64,000 nt of DNA from Trichoplax adhaerens (lineage: Eukaryota; Animalia; Placozoa). This document shows, piece by piece, positions 35,697 through 50,039 of the stretch. The stretch's first letter is position 1. The number at the start of each line of letters is the position of its first letter. The notes under the pieces are model-generated. The model did no database searches, was not told the DNA's origin, and saw nothing but the letters and a program-made list of their open reading frames with translations. The stretch covers positions 9,502,011-9,566,010 of the forward strand of contig NW_002060945.1 in assembly GCF_000150275.1 (NCBI RefSeq), given 5' to 3'. Both the position numbers and the translations under genes were made by a program.

Positions 35697-37649
35697 ACTG
35701 ATCGATGATCTTATGGATTAGTTAACTTAACAATCGAAAAAGCCTTTACCACTAATGGCTGCCAAATGGATTGCTATCGCAGTTGAATTAGATTTACGTT
35801 TACTTAACTTTTAGATAATTATAAAGCCTCGTGGTAGCAGTACTTGAAAATTTTGATCAACTTGGTTAGAACAGTGTAAATGATTGTGTGAGATCTCGAG
35901 AGAGAAAAAAATGGATAGACTAAGTAACAAAATCCCTTTTAACGAAAGCGTTGGTGTTATTGTTGAAATAGTCTAGTTTACATGAATTATTAACCACTTG
36001 TCATGTTGTTAGGGGTGGAATTAATTATTACTCTACAGATCAATTTACCATCAATTGTGTACTATCTTTGTTGTGTAATATATAGAATTAATGAAAATGA
36101 CAGGTGTTGGATCAATATCCTATTATATTATCGCAAGCATTCATGGATGATCAAATAATTTAACGTATGATAGAGTACTCGTGCAACATGGCATTCTTCC
36201 TCCATGTAGACTTTCTACATAATTCAATTAATTAACCAGATACAATGTCATAGCTACAATTTTAGTCATATGTTTGAATGATAGAATAAAAGCGGTCAGC
36301 AGTTGTATGATTCTAGTCCAGTTGTAATCAGAAAATGTTAGCCATATTCTCTACTTTGTTCTTCGAATGTAAACATATCAACAATAGTAAGAAAAAAAAA
36401 TTAAAGCGAAAAATAAATAATATCATGGATATTACTGTTCTTAAAAGTTGAAAATAGATTATTCTAAGCATAAAGTGAAAGATTACTTAATATTATATTT
36501 CGCAAGGAAATTACAGTTATAACAAAATGGCCGAAGTATCGTCTATACCCATGCCTTGTTTCATGTTATTGTTATCGGAAACAAACGGATAGTTTTGAGA
36601 TAGTATTAGACATTATTATTATTTTGCAATAGGCCAGTTGTTTTGACAAAAAAAGATCCAAAGCTCTTTTTTGATTGTTACGATATAATTACTGTGTATC
36701 CTTACGTTAACCTTGGTGAGAATCAATAGTTATAGGTTTAAAATTTATTCAAACAGAAAGCACGCACAGCTTTATTTTCCTGCATATTACTCATAGCATA
36801 AAATAATAAGTTTGTAATAACTCTTTTTCTTCCAATAATGTACTCATTGAAGTCTAATAAAGTTAGATAAACACTGTGGAAAGAGAATGTTAACCTTATA
36901 TCACTCGGTGTCAACCGTGAAGAATAACAAAATAAGAACACAAAACTCTTTTCAATAGCCATTGGATTACGCCATGTTGAACATAAATGACTAATTAATT
37001 ATCTATTCTATCGGTAGGCCCTTGTTAGGCACAGATGACATTTTATACGTTGTAATAATCAATATTTTAAATTTCTTATTATAATATTATTAAACAAAAC
37101 AGTTGACACAAATTATGCATTCTTATACTATCATGAAGAATATCAATTGACATTGTAATAATATGATTGATAACATTAGCGATGTTTAATGGTTATGATT
37201 TGGACTATGATAGACGCAACCTGGGCTAATATATCATCCATTTCGTCCATGACGATAAGTATAGGCATCTCGATATGTTGTATACGAATAATCCAATTTT
37301 ATTCTATCGACGGTATATCCAACACTAGCGATTAACTATAGTCGTTAATAGTCAATTAATTTGTTTTCCGACATTGTTACTGTTAATCAATAGACGTAAT
37401 GTCATCTATTCAAAGTGTAAAGAGATCTTGGCAGATACTGACTGTAGTGTTGCTATTTTCATTTACGATTGTATTATCTAATTAATTATTCTTTTGTTAC
37501 AAGTTTTGTAAGCAAATGGACGCTAATTAATTATATAATGCAGCCGAACTTCTCAGGCTGCGGTGTAGAAAATGTAAAATTGATCAAGAGAATAAAATTT
37601 CTGATTTATGGCTATAATACTAATTAAAGATTGTTAGAGGATATTTTAG

Positions 37650-38690
37650 CCTACTATTTTGTCTACGTATTAGTTGAATAAATCCTTTCGCCATTTAATT
37701 AAGTCATAATTTATATTCTTGAGTATTAACGGCCATTTCTGCCGCAAAAGTGAGACAAGGATCGTAGGATACAGAATACTATTTCTTAACTCAGTATCCA
37801 TATTACAGTTGGCATAATTTAAATATCCGTTGATGTTATTATCGGCATTGAATTGTATGAGATCACATGGCCAAGTTTTCTAGGTTACGGTGTCAAAAAA
37901 GTAAAGATTATCGTACTATTTCATCTACGTATTAGTCGGATAATCTCTTTCGACATTTAGTTACACAATCATAATTTATATTCTTGAGCATTAGCGAACA
38001 TTGCTATCACTGTTTTAAAGTGGAAACAATATAAGCAAGGATCGTAGAGTATGGTTAGCTATTTCCTAACCTAACATCGATATTTTAGTTGGTATGATTT
38101 ATGCGTTAATGTTATATCGTACTAATTTACCTATGTATTAGTCGTATAATCTCATTCGTCATTTGATTTACAATTACATTCTTGAGTTCAAACAGGCATT
38201 TCTTTCACTACTGTAAAGGTGGAAAGCACTAAAGAATCGTATAATATAAATAACTATCTCTGAGCCTAGCATATATATCTCCTTCGGCATAATTGATTCG
38301 TTAATGTTATTATCATACTGATCCATCTACTTATTAGTTGGCTAATTACTTTCGTCATTTAGTTATGCAACAATAATTTATATTTTTGAGTATTAATAGA
38401 TGAGCGTTGCTATCACTGTTCTAAAGTGGGAGCCACTACAGACAAGAATCGTAATATACGAATAACTATTTCTTAGCTTAATATAGACGCATATATATAT
38501 ATGTTATATATATATATATTTTCAACGGATAAATCATGCAAACTATAATTAGAGTTGGCAAGATTTATCCATTGCTGTTATTATTGTATAGATTCATCTA
38601 CGTCAGATAATCTCTTGTATCCTTTAGTTATGTAATCATTTATATTCTTGAGCTAAAATGGGCATTGCTATCGCTGTTTTAAGATGAGAA
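37650..38690. repeat. Degenerate tandem array, 5 units of about 200-270 bp, with an (AT)n insertion
   Basis: Anchor ctacgtattagt at about 37663, 37925, 38131, 38327 and 38598. Anchor atttatattcttgag at about 37716, 37981, 38179, 38383 and 38645. An (AT)n run lies at 38491-38519. Confidence 0.85.
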
Positions 38691-39233
38691 CTACGGTAGG
38701 CAATTTCATATTTCTGCATATGCGTTAGCAGGGGGGTCCTTGATCAGGTCCCGATGCCTCCACGTGAGTATATAGTATCGTATAGCACTGAGTAAAACAT
38801 GCTTTTATATGAGCTGTAGAGCCATCTAGTGTACGGTGTGCAGTATTCTAAACTGTTCTTGCTGGGAGCTGCTAAAATTATACTACTATACACTATAGAG
38901 TATACACTACTGTATGATACAGTATATATCAGATTGTCGACCGGGTGACCCTACTTGTATCGTATGAACAAGTTGACGTATATTGCTATATTATAACTCA
39001 AACATGATATTTAGTTATTACTGTTAGTATGCTGTTTGCATCATAATTTGAATTCAGTATAACATTAGAGATCATCCTTTGCGGTGGGAGCCAGCCATAC
39101 ATGGCTAATGGAACTTTCGTTGGTGGAGCGAGCTGGAAATCATCCGTTTCTACCTATAATTTACCTTATTAGTGGATGTTGATTAAAGACTAGGACATAT
39201 CTGACAATTTTCATAGCTTAAAGCTATACTACC

Positions 39234-42200
39234 ATGAAAAAAACCAAAAAGAGCCGCAGTGATACTGCTGTAAGTACACCTAATTCTCATACAAATGGAT
39301 GCTGTTGGAATACAGTCAACTATTTCTTCAATAAATATATGATTAATACAATAATTGCTGTGTAGGTTCAAGGAACTAATGATAACAGTATTGTTAGCAA
39401 GTTATCATCAGCTAAACATGGTTATTATCAAGATGATTTCTTGCAATATGTTGTTCAAAAGCCAGCGAGGAGATCACCATTAATAAATAGGTATGATGTT
39501 ATATGTGTTTTAGGTTTGATTCGGGATGATATTGACTATAAATATAAAATGGATAATTGACATTAAATAATTTTATACCATCATTATAAGAATTTGCTTG
39601 CCAAGTTATGACTAACCTGATACTTTAACTTTTCTGTTGCCTTGTCTGAATTTGTAGGGGCTACTATATTCGAGCTAAAGCAATAGACTTTGTAATTCGA
39701 AAATTTTTAAGTTATAGCAATAATGATGAAGCAGCTAACAAAAATAAACAAGTACGTAAGCACCAACTACAATGATTATTGAGTCAAGCTTATACATAAT
39801 AGCGAGTGTAAAACCATTTCTACTATAGATTCTTATTCTCAAGTTAGAAGTTGTGCTTGATAAAATTGTAGCTCACATCATAACCTTGCTTATTCATTCC
39901 GATTAATATAATGTATGTGAATATAGATTTTATCTTTAGGTGCTGGCTTTGATACATTATACTACCGATATCATTCATTAAATATGTTGGATTCAACAAT
40001 TGTCTACGAGGTCAGTGATACATACACTCTTACGATATGCGTTATATTCGTGCAATGTGCAGCATAATGTTTGACGAGTAGTTTTAATCATATTAGCAAT
40101 TCAACTTGTTCCTATACTTGTAATGAGGGATAAGATACCTTAACTGATATGTTTCATATGAGAAATGTACAGTATATATTATATAAGATAACATCTTCAA
40201 ATTTGTGTTGTCTAGCTTCTTTTTACCGTTTAAACCATGAGCTTCAAGTAAAGTTAAAATGAAGTTCAAAACTTCTTCCTCTATCAGTTACTTATTGTAG
40301 CTAAATATATATTGGATTGAGATAGGTAGACTTTCCAGAACTAGTAAAAAATAAAAGCAGACTTATCAGAAATAATGATATCCTTAAGAATGCAATAGGA
40401 AACGAGATTTCGAACACTTCTAATAATGATACAGGTGATTTAGCAACTATATTTATTTCCATGTATCATAGCTGAGTTATTCTTATGCGAATTTTCTTAA
40501 CTTATAGTAACTTTAACCATTAAAACAAATTTTATGTAATAGGAATTTCAACTCAAGGATATAAATTGATCGGTTCAGACTTAAAAAATCTACCTGTACT
40601 TGAAAAAAATCTTCTATTCCATGGCATAGATAGTCAGTCTCCTACTCTAATCCTATCTGAGTGTGTTTTAACTTATATCAATCCTTCAAGGTGCGAAATT
40701 TCAATAATTAACAGACGCTGTCTGTGGCAACTTTGTTTGAAAAAATTGTAACCAATATTGTTTCATCGTCTTGCCATAGCTCATCGAACATTATAGGTTG
40801 GGCCTCAAAATTCTTCAGTAATGCAATGTTTGTTACCTATGAGCAGGTAATTTGACTGATTACACTTTCCCTAATGTGCTAGTTATATGTTTTTCCTACG
40901 GCTATACTTCTGCTTTATTTCAGATACAACCTAATGATGCTTTTGGAAGAGTCATGTAAGTCTATAGCTGGACAAAAATTTATCAATAAGGCATTTTAGT
41001 AAACAGTGATAGTTCATACTAAGTTATCATGCTGATAATTATATAACATATGATTATACTACTTCTTGCATTTATGACATTGCTGTAATTGGAAATCCAA
41101 ATATAATAGGCGAAACCATTTCAAGCAAATAGGATCCCCACTAAAATGTATCGATAGCTATCCTACTAAGATAGCTCAAATTCGCAGATATGAATCATTA
41201 CGGTGGTCGGATAGCGTTATCCTCGATATGAACGATTTTTATTATAAGATACTCCCAGAGGTGATGAGATAAGTACTGCATGAACTGTTGCTTAGATTTT
41301 ACAGAATGTTATGTCGATGCTCTCAGCGTATCTACTAATCAAAAATTATAATTACGACAGCAAGAACGTCAACGTATTGAACATTTGGAATTATTTGACG
41401 AGTTTGAAGAATGGCATTTAAAATGTTCGCATTATATCCTAATTTGTGCATTTGTAGGATCGCTTCAGTGTCAAGCAATCCTCGGAGGTATTATTTTTAC
41501 TCTATATGCCTGCCATTACGCTTAATTTTCAATTTGCATGAGGCTAAGGTATGTATTGGTATATATATTTTGCAGAGTTTAAGCGTTATCAGTCTCTTGA
41601 TGGGTCACAGAGGATAAAACCCGATATATATTCCAACTGCAATTTCTTAGACGTTAACGGAACTAAAAATCTTCGACGATTTGGCCATAAAATTTGTCTT
41701 TTGAATTTTAATTTATCACCATCTGATAATAGCATGTTCATAGCTGTTACTGGAGGTTTTGGATTATTGTCAGATTCTCGTCATAGACGATTGTCCGATA
41801 TATCGGTATTTCATATAACTAACGATCCGAAGAAAGAAATTACGTTAGTTAATTCGACCGAACTGGATAATCCGAGACTTTTTCATGCCGTTATTCCTAT
41901 TAGTGATAATAAGATAGCTATATTCGGTGGCAGACTTTCACCCCTCAAACACTACGGCGACGTTATTGTAGTAACATTCAATCTAGAACCAATTCATACA
42001 GATGAATCAACTACAGAAGGTGATTCAGCAAAAACACCTACAAGCTCTCAGTTGAAGCATAAAGTTGACATAGGCTGGGAGAGTATAGCTTGTAGCGGTG
42101 ATATGCCAACAGCTCGATGGAGACATACTGCGACAATAATTGGTAACGTGCTTGAATGTGATAGTGTTATTGATTGACATTTATGGTAACCTTTACTATT

Positions 42201-43476
42201 TTATATATAAAATTGATAATACCAGCAATTAAAACGTGTTGCTTACTTTTTTTAATTGATCAGATGATGGCAAATGCTTAATTTTTGGCGGAATAACTAC
42301 GAATATGGTTACTCTAAATGACTCTTATATTTTTGAATTTGCCTCGCGAAAATGGTCTAGGGTAATGCAGTCGTTGACCATAGTGATTTACTTTCAGATA
42401 CTCGTAATAATAGCTATACTGCTATTAGTTGCAACTCCGTACTGTAATGCCGAATATGTCCTTTTTATATTAAGCTGTAAAGTAGATACATAGGGATTGT
42501 AGTTCTGGGTCTGCAGGTTGATTTTCTATATTTTGTTCTTGCAAGTAGATGAAATTAGATGTTTAGAAATAAAAATTATAAACGACTTAATACAAACTAT
42601 TAACCGTGGTAGGTATCAGTAGCTGGATTGGTATCTCCTAGACATTCGCACACAGCATGCAAATGGAAGGATTACGTTGTTGTCTATGGAGGCTTAGGAT
42701 TCGATTTTAAGCCCGCTATTGGCATTAGTGCATTAAATATTAAGGTCGGTTAAGTTTGATGGCTACAATCACTAAATAGTATTATGCTAATTGTTTACAT
42801 GGAGAAAAGAGCAAATATCTGATAATAATTATTACATCAAAATCGTTCATTAGGATGAATTAGCTATGAATTGGATTAGTTTAGAATTTAATCCACAACT
42901 CCCAACTCGGTAACACGTTTCGATATTGAGCAGCATATACGTATTCTCATTGTACTTGATTGCTAAATGAATGCATCTAATACGGATGTGCGCAATACAG
43001 TAATAACAATAATTTAAAGAGTAACATGATGAATGCATGTTTAATGACTGTTTGATATCATCCTGTAGGTACTCTCATACAGCCCATGTTTTGGAAGATA
43101 GACTACTTGTTATTGGTGGAATAGATCCTTTCTTAACGTGTACTAACACATTAATTGACATTAATTTGGAAAATCGCACATGGAGAATGTTCTTATTACA
43201 AGTATGCGAAATTTCAGTAGATCATCGACTATAATACGGCTGATATTTCAGCTACTCATTTTATTTTTTACAGTTGATAGTATAAAGCTTAGTCCAATAC
43301 TATGATCTTTTTAGGAACCATGCATAGAAAAGCCAATACTGATGTTACACAACCATGACAGCGTTTGCCTCGGTAAAAGTAGACAACAGGTGTTTACGTT
43401 AGGTGGAGGTGGAAATTGTTTCTCTTTTGGAACACATTTTAACTCTCATTTACTAGAAATTGTTTTACCAACGTGA
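39234..43476 (+). CDS. LCMT2: tRNA wybutosine-synthesizing protein 4 / leucine carboxyl methyltransferase 2 (LCM domain plus Kelch repeats)
   Basis: Multi-exon gene. Motifs: [12 protein letters not shown]|[63 protein letters not shown] and [16 protein letters not shown]. Kelch-like repeats follow ([26 protein letters not shown]), ending [14 protein letters not shown]...LPT*. Confidence 0.9.
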
Positions 43477-43995
43477 TGTATAGATTTGATTTAATTACTT
43501 GTATTTACAGTTTTTGGAATAAATGTTATTAATGAATGCAAACTGCAACTGAGTGTACAAATCAGTTAGTAGTCCTGAATGACTAGTTTAACCCATTGTT
43601 AGAACAATTATGGTTGACTCTCCAAATTGTTTCATTATAGCCAATTGCATACGGCTATTAGTGCTAGTAGCTTGTTCATTTCACGTATAATAATAAACTG
43701 AATAATTTGGACTTTTTCTAAGAGACGATTAGATCTTAGGTACAGAAATATTTTAGTTGATGATACATTACGTTCTTATTGTTATCCGGAAGACTTTTAC
43801 AAGACAGTACTTTTATGAATGACAATTTATAGAAACTTGGCAAAGCAAAATATATTGAAGCTATATAAAATATTTATTATTATTCGACATAATAAAAATT
43901 TCTTCATCCAAAACATGGTTTCTCAATATATCCAATTTAATCCAAATTCACTGAAACAATACAGCCAAAATTTCTAACGATGTAAGGCAACAATT

Positions 43996-46900
43996 TCAGT
44001 TACACTGGAATTTATTAACGAGTTCATCCATCCAATCAAAATTCATTTCTGTGTTGTCCAAGTTACGATCGATCTCCATCGGTTGCAACTGATGCATTCT
44101 TTCGTCATTTTGAGGTTTTATTACAATTTCTTCGTCTGAATTCGCTGAATCTAAAATTGATAAAATATTTGTCAAATACAATGTGAGTAATTTGCACGTT
44201 ATACCCTCTTATTTTACCAATTTCGCTTTCAGAATCGCTATAATCATTTCCATTTTCTTGGCTAAAAAGTCAATTATGGTTGGTTATTTTACTTCGAAGA
44301 ATGTAAATTTAGCAATTAGTGCATAATTAGAGAATATAAATCTCAAATTACCCATCCGGCAAGTCAGCAATCGCAGTAGCTTCAAGGGACGATTTCACAA
44401 ATTGAGCACATATTGTAGTCATCGAAGGCAGAACATGGGACGCCCCAATAAAAACCTGTTTTAACAATGAGAACGAAGGTTAAAAATTTTGAAAGTTCTG
44501 CAAACTTATAATTACGAAATTCGACTAATTACCTCTCGCACATTTTTAGAGTATCGAGCTCTATAGGTTAAATCAGATGCCTGACTTCGATCGTTCATTG
44601 GAAGTGTATCTGTGATTATATTATTACAAGTGTGAGAGGCAACACTGATCAACCACATTTTAAGCAACGAATTCATAATTGATAAAACTGTATACCTTCA
44701 AATTCTCCAAAAATACGTACAAATGGAGATTCTTCAGATATTCCTGTATTTGTTGTACTCTAATACGCATCATGTTTAATAGCGTACACAGGAATTGCAA
44801 TAGAACGCTGATTAATTAATATAATAAACAGTAAGAATAGCAGTGAAGTATTAGGTTACCTCGTCGTGGATATCATCTTGTCGATCTTCTGGCTCCAAAG
44901 AATATAAGTCCTAATTTGATATTAAAACTGCGTCACGAGTTATCGCGTATAGCGATGTAGCGTAAAAAGCATACCTGGGAGTTTGTAATAAAATAGTAAC
45001 GTTGGTTGAATAACCAAGAGTCCGATGGTATATTATGTGCTTGCGATACCGGCACAAACATAGCACTAATAATTTGTTGATTGCTAAAATCTCTCAAAAC
45101 CGCTATTGATTTACTCTCATCCGGGGAAAAAACGTACAGAGCTGCAGATAAAAAATTTAATTATAACCTCTTAATTCGATCTATCAAAGTATTTAGCTAC
45201 AACTTAATAGTATTTTTTAATCATTTTTATTACCACACGTTGAATTCTTCCCTTTAACCAGTGCAGCTTGGTGGTTCGTAGTAGGACTTTTTGTTAGCAT
45301 AGATACGCGTAATTGAACACACCATTGGACTATTGTTATGATTACAGAAATACAAGTGAAGTGTCTCAGTTTTCGGAAATTAAAAATACATAATTACACA
45401 CTAATTTACAGTTAATACTAATTTGAAAAAGCTTGGTTACTTGTGCATGATAATAGATTCCAAACGTATAAGAGCCTATTAGTGGTTGTTGTTAAGAGAT
45501 GAGAACAACTTTTACGACCAAAAGCCATATGCCTTTAAAAAATTTGTAATATTTAACGAATTAGATAAGTTCTATAAAGATATGCTAGATTTGTAATAAA
45601 TTAAGCCTAGAGAGAATATAGTACCCAGCATTATACAGTACATAACATATTCAAGTTATAAAATGCCCTAATAATTCAACATACCGAACATTTTCAGATT
45701 TTATCAAGTGAGATAGTGTTTTCTGAATCTCATTTTTGCTTGGATCCCATAAAGTTACGATCTTATTATTACAAAGCCATGTAACAGGAATAAATTAGTT
45801 ATGAATAGCTTGCTTATATTATGTTGCAATTGATATAGTCGCAACAGCAACTAATCAGCTACCTCATCATAAGCAACTCCCAATAATGATGAATCATGTG
45901 AGAAATCTGCAGTCGTTGCTGGTGAGTCACGATAGTGACTTACGGAGTAGCACGTCCAACTTGGCTTATCATCTAGAAATAGCAATATGATGTTAGGTCT
46001 AACTAACAATATTATGTAATCCAATGAGAACGCAGTGTATTGCTGAAATTATTATCAATCGAATTGATCGATAGTCTATGATGAGACCTACCACGAATAC
46101 TATCGCATTTTAAATCTAGTAACCATGTCTTTATGTAGCCGCCAGAATCCGTAGTAACAAGCATAGGTAACGGATCTGTTATAGTTGAGGTATCATTCTC
46201 TGGTCTGAATACAATTGCCGTAACAAATTTACTATGAGGAGGTTCCACAGTGGTATTTAGGGTATAACTATGATAATAGATATTAAAAAGAAAAGAATAG
46301 ATTTTTTATTCGAATAGGATTCTCTTTCGCTAATTTTACGAGTGTTTATTAAAAAGTGACAGTATCAGAACCTTTGAGTAACTTCTGAAAATTCCCAAAA
46401 TTTTAATTTCATTTCAGCAACGGAATCTTTGTTGTTACGGCTTTCAATCTACGTAAAGGAATAGTTACTAATTATATTTGTGCTTTAATAAATCTACCAT
46501 AGAAATAACGTTCATTACAGTTGCGAGCCAATTTCCACTTGGATGGAATGCAACATGAGTGACATCTGTAAGGCTAGTTGACTTGTTGCTATGGCTTACT
46601 ACATAGTTTTGACCAACAACATCCATCTGACAATGTAAAAATAGAATACTAACATCAATTTACGGGAAAGCAGCAAGTACAATGAATGGTAAATATATAT
46701 AATACTTACTACTTTGGTAGTTTTATGACTATGAATATCATAAAACTGTAAGCTTCCAGGAATACTATTAAGAACTATTGCACGTGATCTAGGATCATAA
46801 ACTAAACCAGTAGGTACTGGAGAAGATAGCTGGTACAACTCACAAGCTAATGTTAAAAAAATAAATCGATTAAATTATATAGTATTATGTACGTGGTATT

Positions 46901-49364
46901 TTATTATTCTCTTATGAAAGTCTAGTTGTTTATTACAAAGTTATCGTCACACCTTTGTGTAGACCTTGAATTGATTGTTTAATTGCCATCTCCGATGGTG
47001 AAATTAAATGTATCACTATCGAATTGAGATTAAGAATTAAGATAGAAGCTTACAAAATATTTCTATTACAGCCTTTTACTTAAGCTACTAACCGTTATCT
47101 TTCAAGCTGACAGCAACAATAGAATAGTTACTACTAGAGTTGATATGAACAATTGAACTACCAAGACGTGGTAAAAAATGTTTAGTTTCTGTTCTTAATT
47201 GCCATACCACTAATACACCTTCACTTCCACCAGAAAGTAAGCAAGATCCTACGCGTATATACAATCAATGTTTTGCAGTGTTAATCGCAAATAACAAGAG
47301 CAAATTGGTAATAGACCCTTACCATCAATGTTATATTGGATATCTAAGACTGGATGAGCATGCCAGTGCAATTCTAGTTGTATCGGTTCTTCATTCATTA
47401 TTCGATAACGACGCCTAAAAAAATTTTATATGACTTTTATAGCTCCTATTAAAATTTGGCCATCGTCTCCGTTATATACAATCATTCTAATATAGCAGTT
47501 GTCATAAGCTATACCATAATATAATTTTGCCTTGACCATCTCCTGTGGCTATGCAATCTTCTAATGGATGAATAGTTAAGCATGTAAGACGAACTCGTCT
47601 AGTAAATCTAAACAGATTACATCAAATTCACAAGTTAGTGCGCAAACAAGTAAAACTAAAACAATATAGAAATTTATTAACGTAAGGAACAAATTGAATT
47701 CTTAGTAACATACTTTGACAATTTACCAGTCTTGATATCGTAAATGCGTAATGATTTTTTGGCTATAGACGCAATATAACCCCCCTACAGTAAGAGCGTG
47801 TGAAAATTAATAATAATAGAACGCAGCCAAAAGGTTGATATCGGATTCTACGATAGTGTGTGATCATGTCATATCTATCAAAGATTACCACTACTTAATA
47901 CTGTATAGCTAAAGGTGCAGAATCCTATTACAGATTAGATCAAAACTTACGTCAGGTGAAAGTTGACAGTATTTAGTGTTTGGTTTTACGGAAAATAGTG
48001 TATTTCCTACGTAGGCAATTTTTTTATCTTCTAAAGACAACTTTGCACGTATGACGTGGGCTAGGCCATCTATTAATAATTGAAGATTTTACTTTTGGTA
48101 GAACAATTTATAATCGTTATTGCAGCTTCAATAACAATGTATACGAGTAATATTATTTATTGCTATCTTGACGGGCTATCAAACCTTTCTTAGTCGATGT
48201 CGATTTTTTAGAGGATTTAATTACAATAGCAGCTGATTCATCGCCGGGCAATGGTATTACTCTCCAAATTGGACAATCAGCGTTAAATACCTATAAAGTG
48301 AGTTAAAGTCTTTAATACTGTCGAGATATTGGAATCGTTCGATATGCGTAGAGTCACAATCATCATTCAATTTGTCAATATAGTAAGTACAAGACACAAA
48401 CTAGCCTATATAGAAGTGCATGCTTAGGCAAGTGCAAATTGAATAAATAAAGAGTTTTTATCTTCATCGAGTTACAGTTGAGAATAACTACACAGTTATT
48501 GATGGCGTAGTTACATTGCATTTAGCAAGACTTTATTACCTTGAGTTGAGTACCAGCATCATAGTCCCAATATATTACTTGTCCATCCAGTGAACAAGAA
48601 ATCAGCTATTTCAATTGGTTGGATAGAAAGTAGTTATCCACGATAGATAAAGAATAATGTCATTACAGTTGATCAATATATTAGTGCTAGACAATTATTT
48701 TCTTCCTGATCGCCAATATAGCATACGTAAAATAGACGTGGACACATGACTGTCACTTTAGCGTAGAATTATCGGATATGTTAGCAAATTAATACTGGTC
48801 CATCAAGTTAACTTTACAGTCTCTTGTAAAGGTAAGAATTGATTAGTATGCTTTACCTGCAGGAAATTGTGAGGATTTAATAGGCAATGGGTTATAGTAT
48901 TGCGGTGTCCTACTAATGTTCTAATAGCTTGACCGGTATTACTGCTAAAGATTTGAATAATATTGCGACAATAGCAAAAGATATACCTAGCAGTATAAGA
49001 AAGGAAATTGAATTAATTTAGCACTGCAGACGCTACTATTCAAGTCGTGCTCATCCGTAACGATAAGCCCTATCATTATTATCATTTATCATTTATCATT
49101 GATGATGGAAACAACAATCGATATCATTACTATTTCCAATTGATCACTTTACTACGATAATACATGGACTAATTAATAGAAAGATATGCCATGGATGAAT
49201 CTGAAGTGAAAGGATAAGTTGCATTTAGCTGAAGACGTGGACAATCATTCATTGAAGACCTCTTCAAGGCTGTCCAACGCGCAGTCAACTTACTTTGAAT
49301 CTTTACTGATGAGTAGAGGATTCTTGGTCAATAGGCGATTATGTTTGATCGCTTGTAACTCCAT
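43996..49364 (-). CDS. WDR75: WD repeat-containing protein 75 (UTP17, SSU processome t-UTP)
   Basis: Many small exons. Motifs: SKDSKYIFC, LVGHRNTIT...NPHNFLQLISCSLDG..YWDY, HWHAHPV, LLSGGSEGVLVVWQ, FLPRLGS, GLVYDPRSRAIVLN, WLATVE, LKFWEF, PPHSKFVTAI and SHVLPSM. The C-terminal tail is acidic. Confidence 0.88.
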
Positions 49365-49544
49365 CTTCTATGTATAATGTAATAGGACGGTGAATCTATC
49401 ACTGCTTGCAAGTTCCAATACGACAGTAGCGTATCGTTGACACAAATGGATACGCTTGTATATTAATTGGCTTTAAAATGGAGCATTCATTAAAAGCATT
49501 TTCCACCGGAGCTAAAGTGTTCAGCTGCGTGCAACGAATCTCGG

Positions 49545-50039
49545 TCTTGTCTACCCTTAGTCGCATGGGCAGTTGGGGTTTACAGTACAGTACAGTACTG
49601 TACTGTACTGTGTATAGTACTGTAGGCCGAGTATTGTAAGTGGTAAGCTGATTTCTTTGACTGGAAGACTTTCTATGGTAGTCTATGTGCCTAAGGTCTG
49701 TGCAGTCGATGATGTCATCCTAGACGACAACTATATAGTGTAAAAGCAGTACTATCAGCATGTTATAGTGACATTCATTTTGCTATGTACTGGTATGATG
49801 CCTATCACCGTACAGTCCGTTCTTGTCTACCCCTCGTCGCATGGGCAGTTGGGCACTTGGTGATTACAGTACACCGAGTATTGTAAGCAGTTAGCTAATT
49901 TCTTTGACTGGAAGACTTTCTATGGTAGTCTATGCGCCTACGGTCTGTGCAGTCTATGATGTCATGCTAGATGACAACTATGTAGTGTAAAAGCAGTACT
50001 ATCAGCATGTTATAGTGACATTGATTTTGCTATGCACTG
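49545..50039. repeat. Direct tandem duplication (copies 49545-49792 and 49821-50039) upstream of WDR75
   Basis: Both copies share tcttgtctaccc..gtcgcatgggcagttggg, atttctttgactggaagactttctatggtagtctatg and tagtgtaaaagcagtactatcagcatgttatagtgacatt almost identically. Confidence 0.92.

Noticed and set aside
49660-49770. U3-like or other ncRNA within the duplicated unit (aagactttcta..., atgatg)
   Set aside because: The resemblance is limited to a few bases and the U3 boxes could not be placed. An Infernal/Rfam search would be needed.
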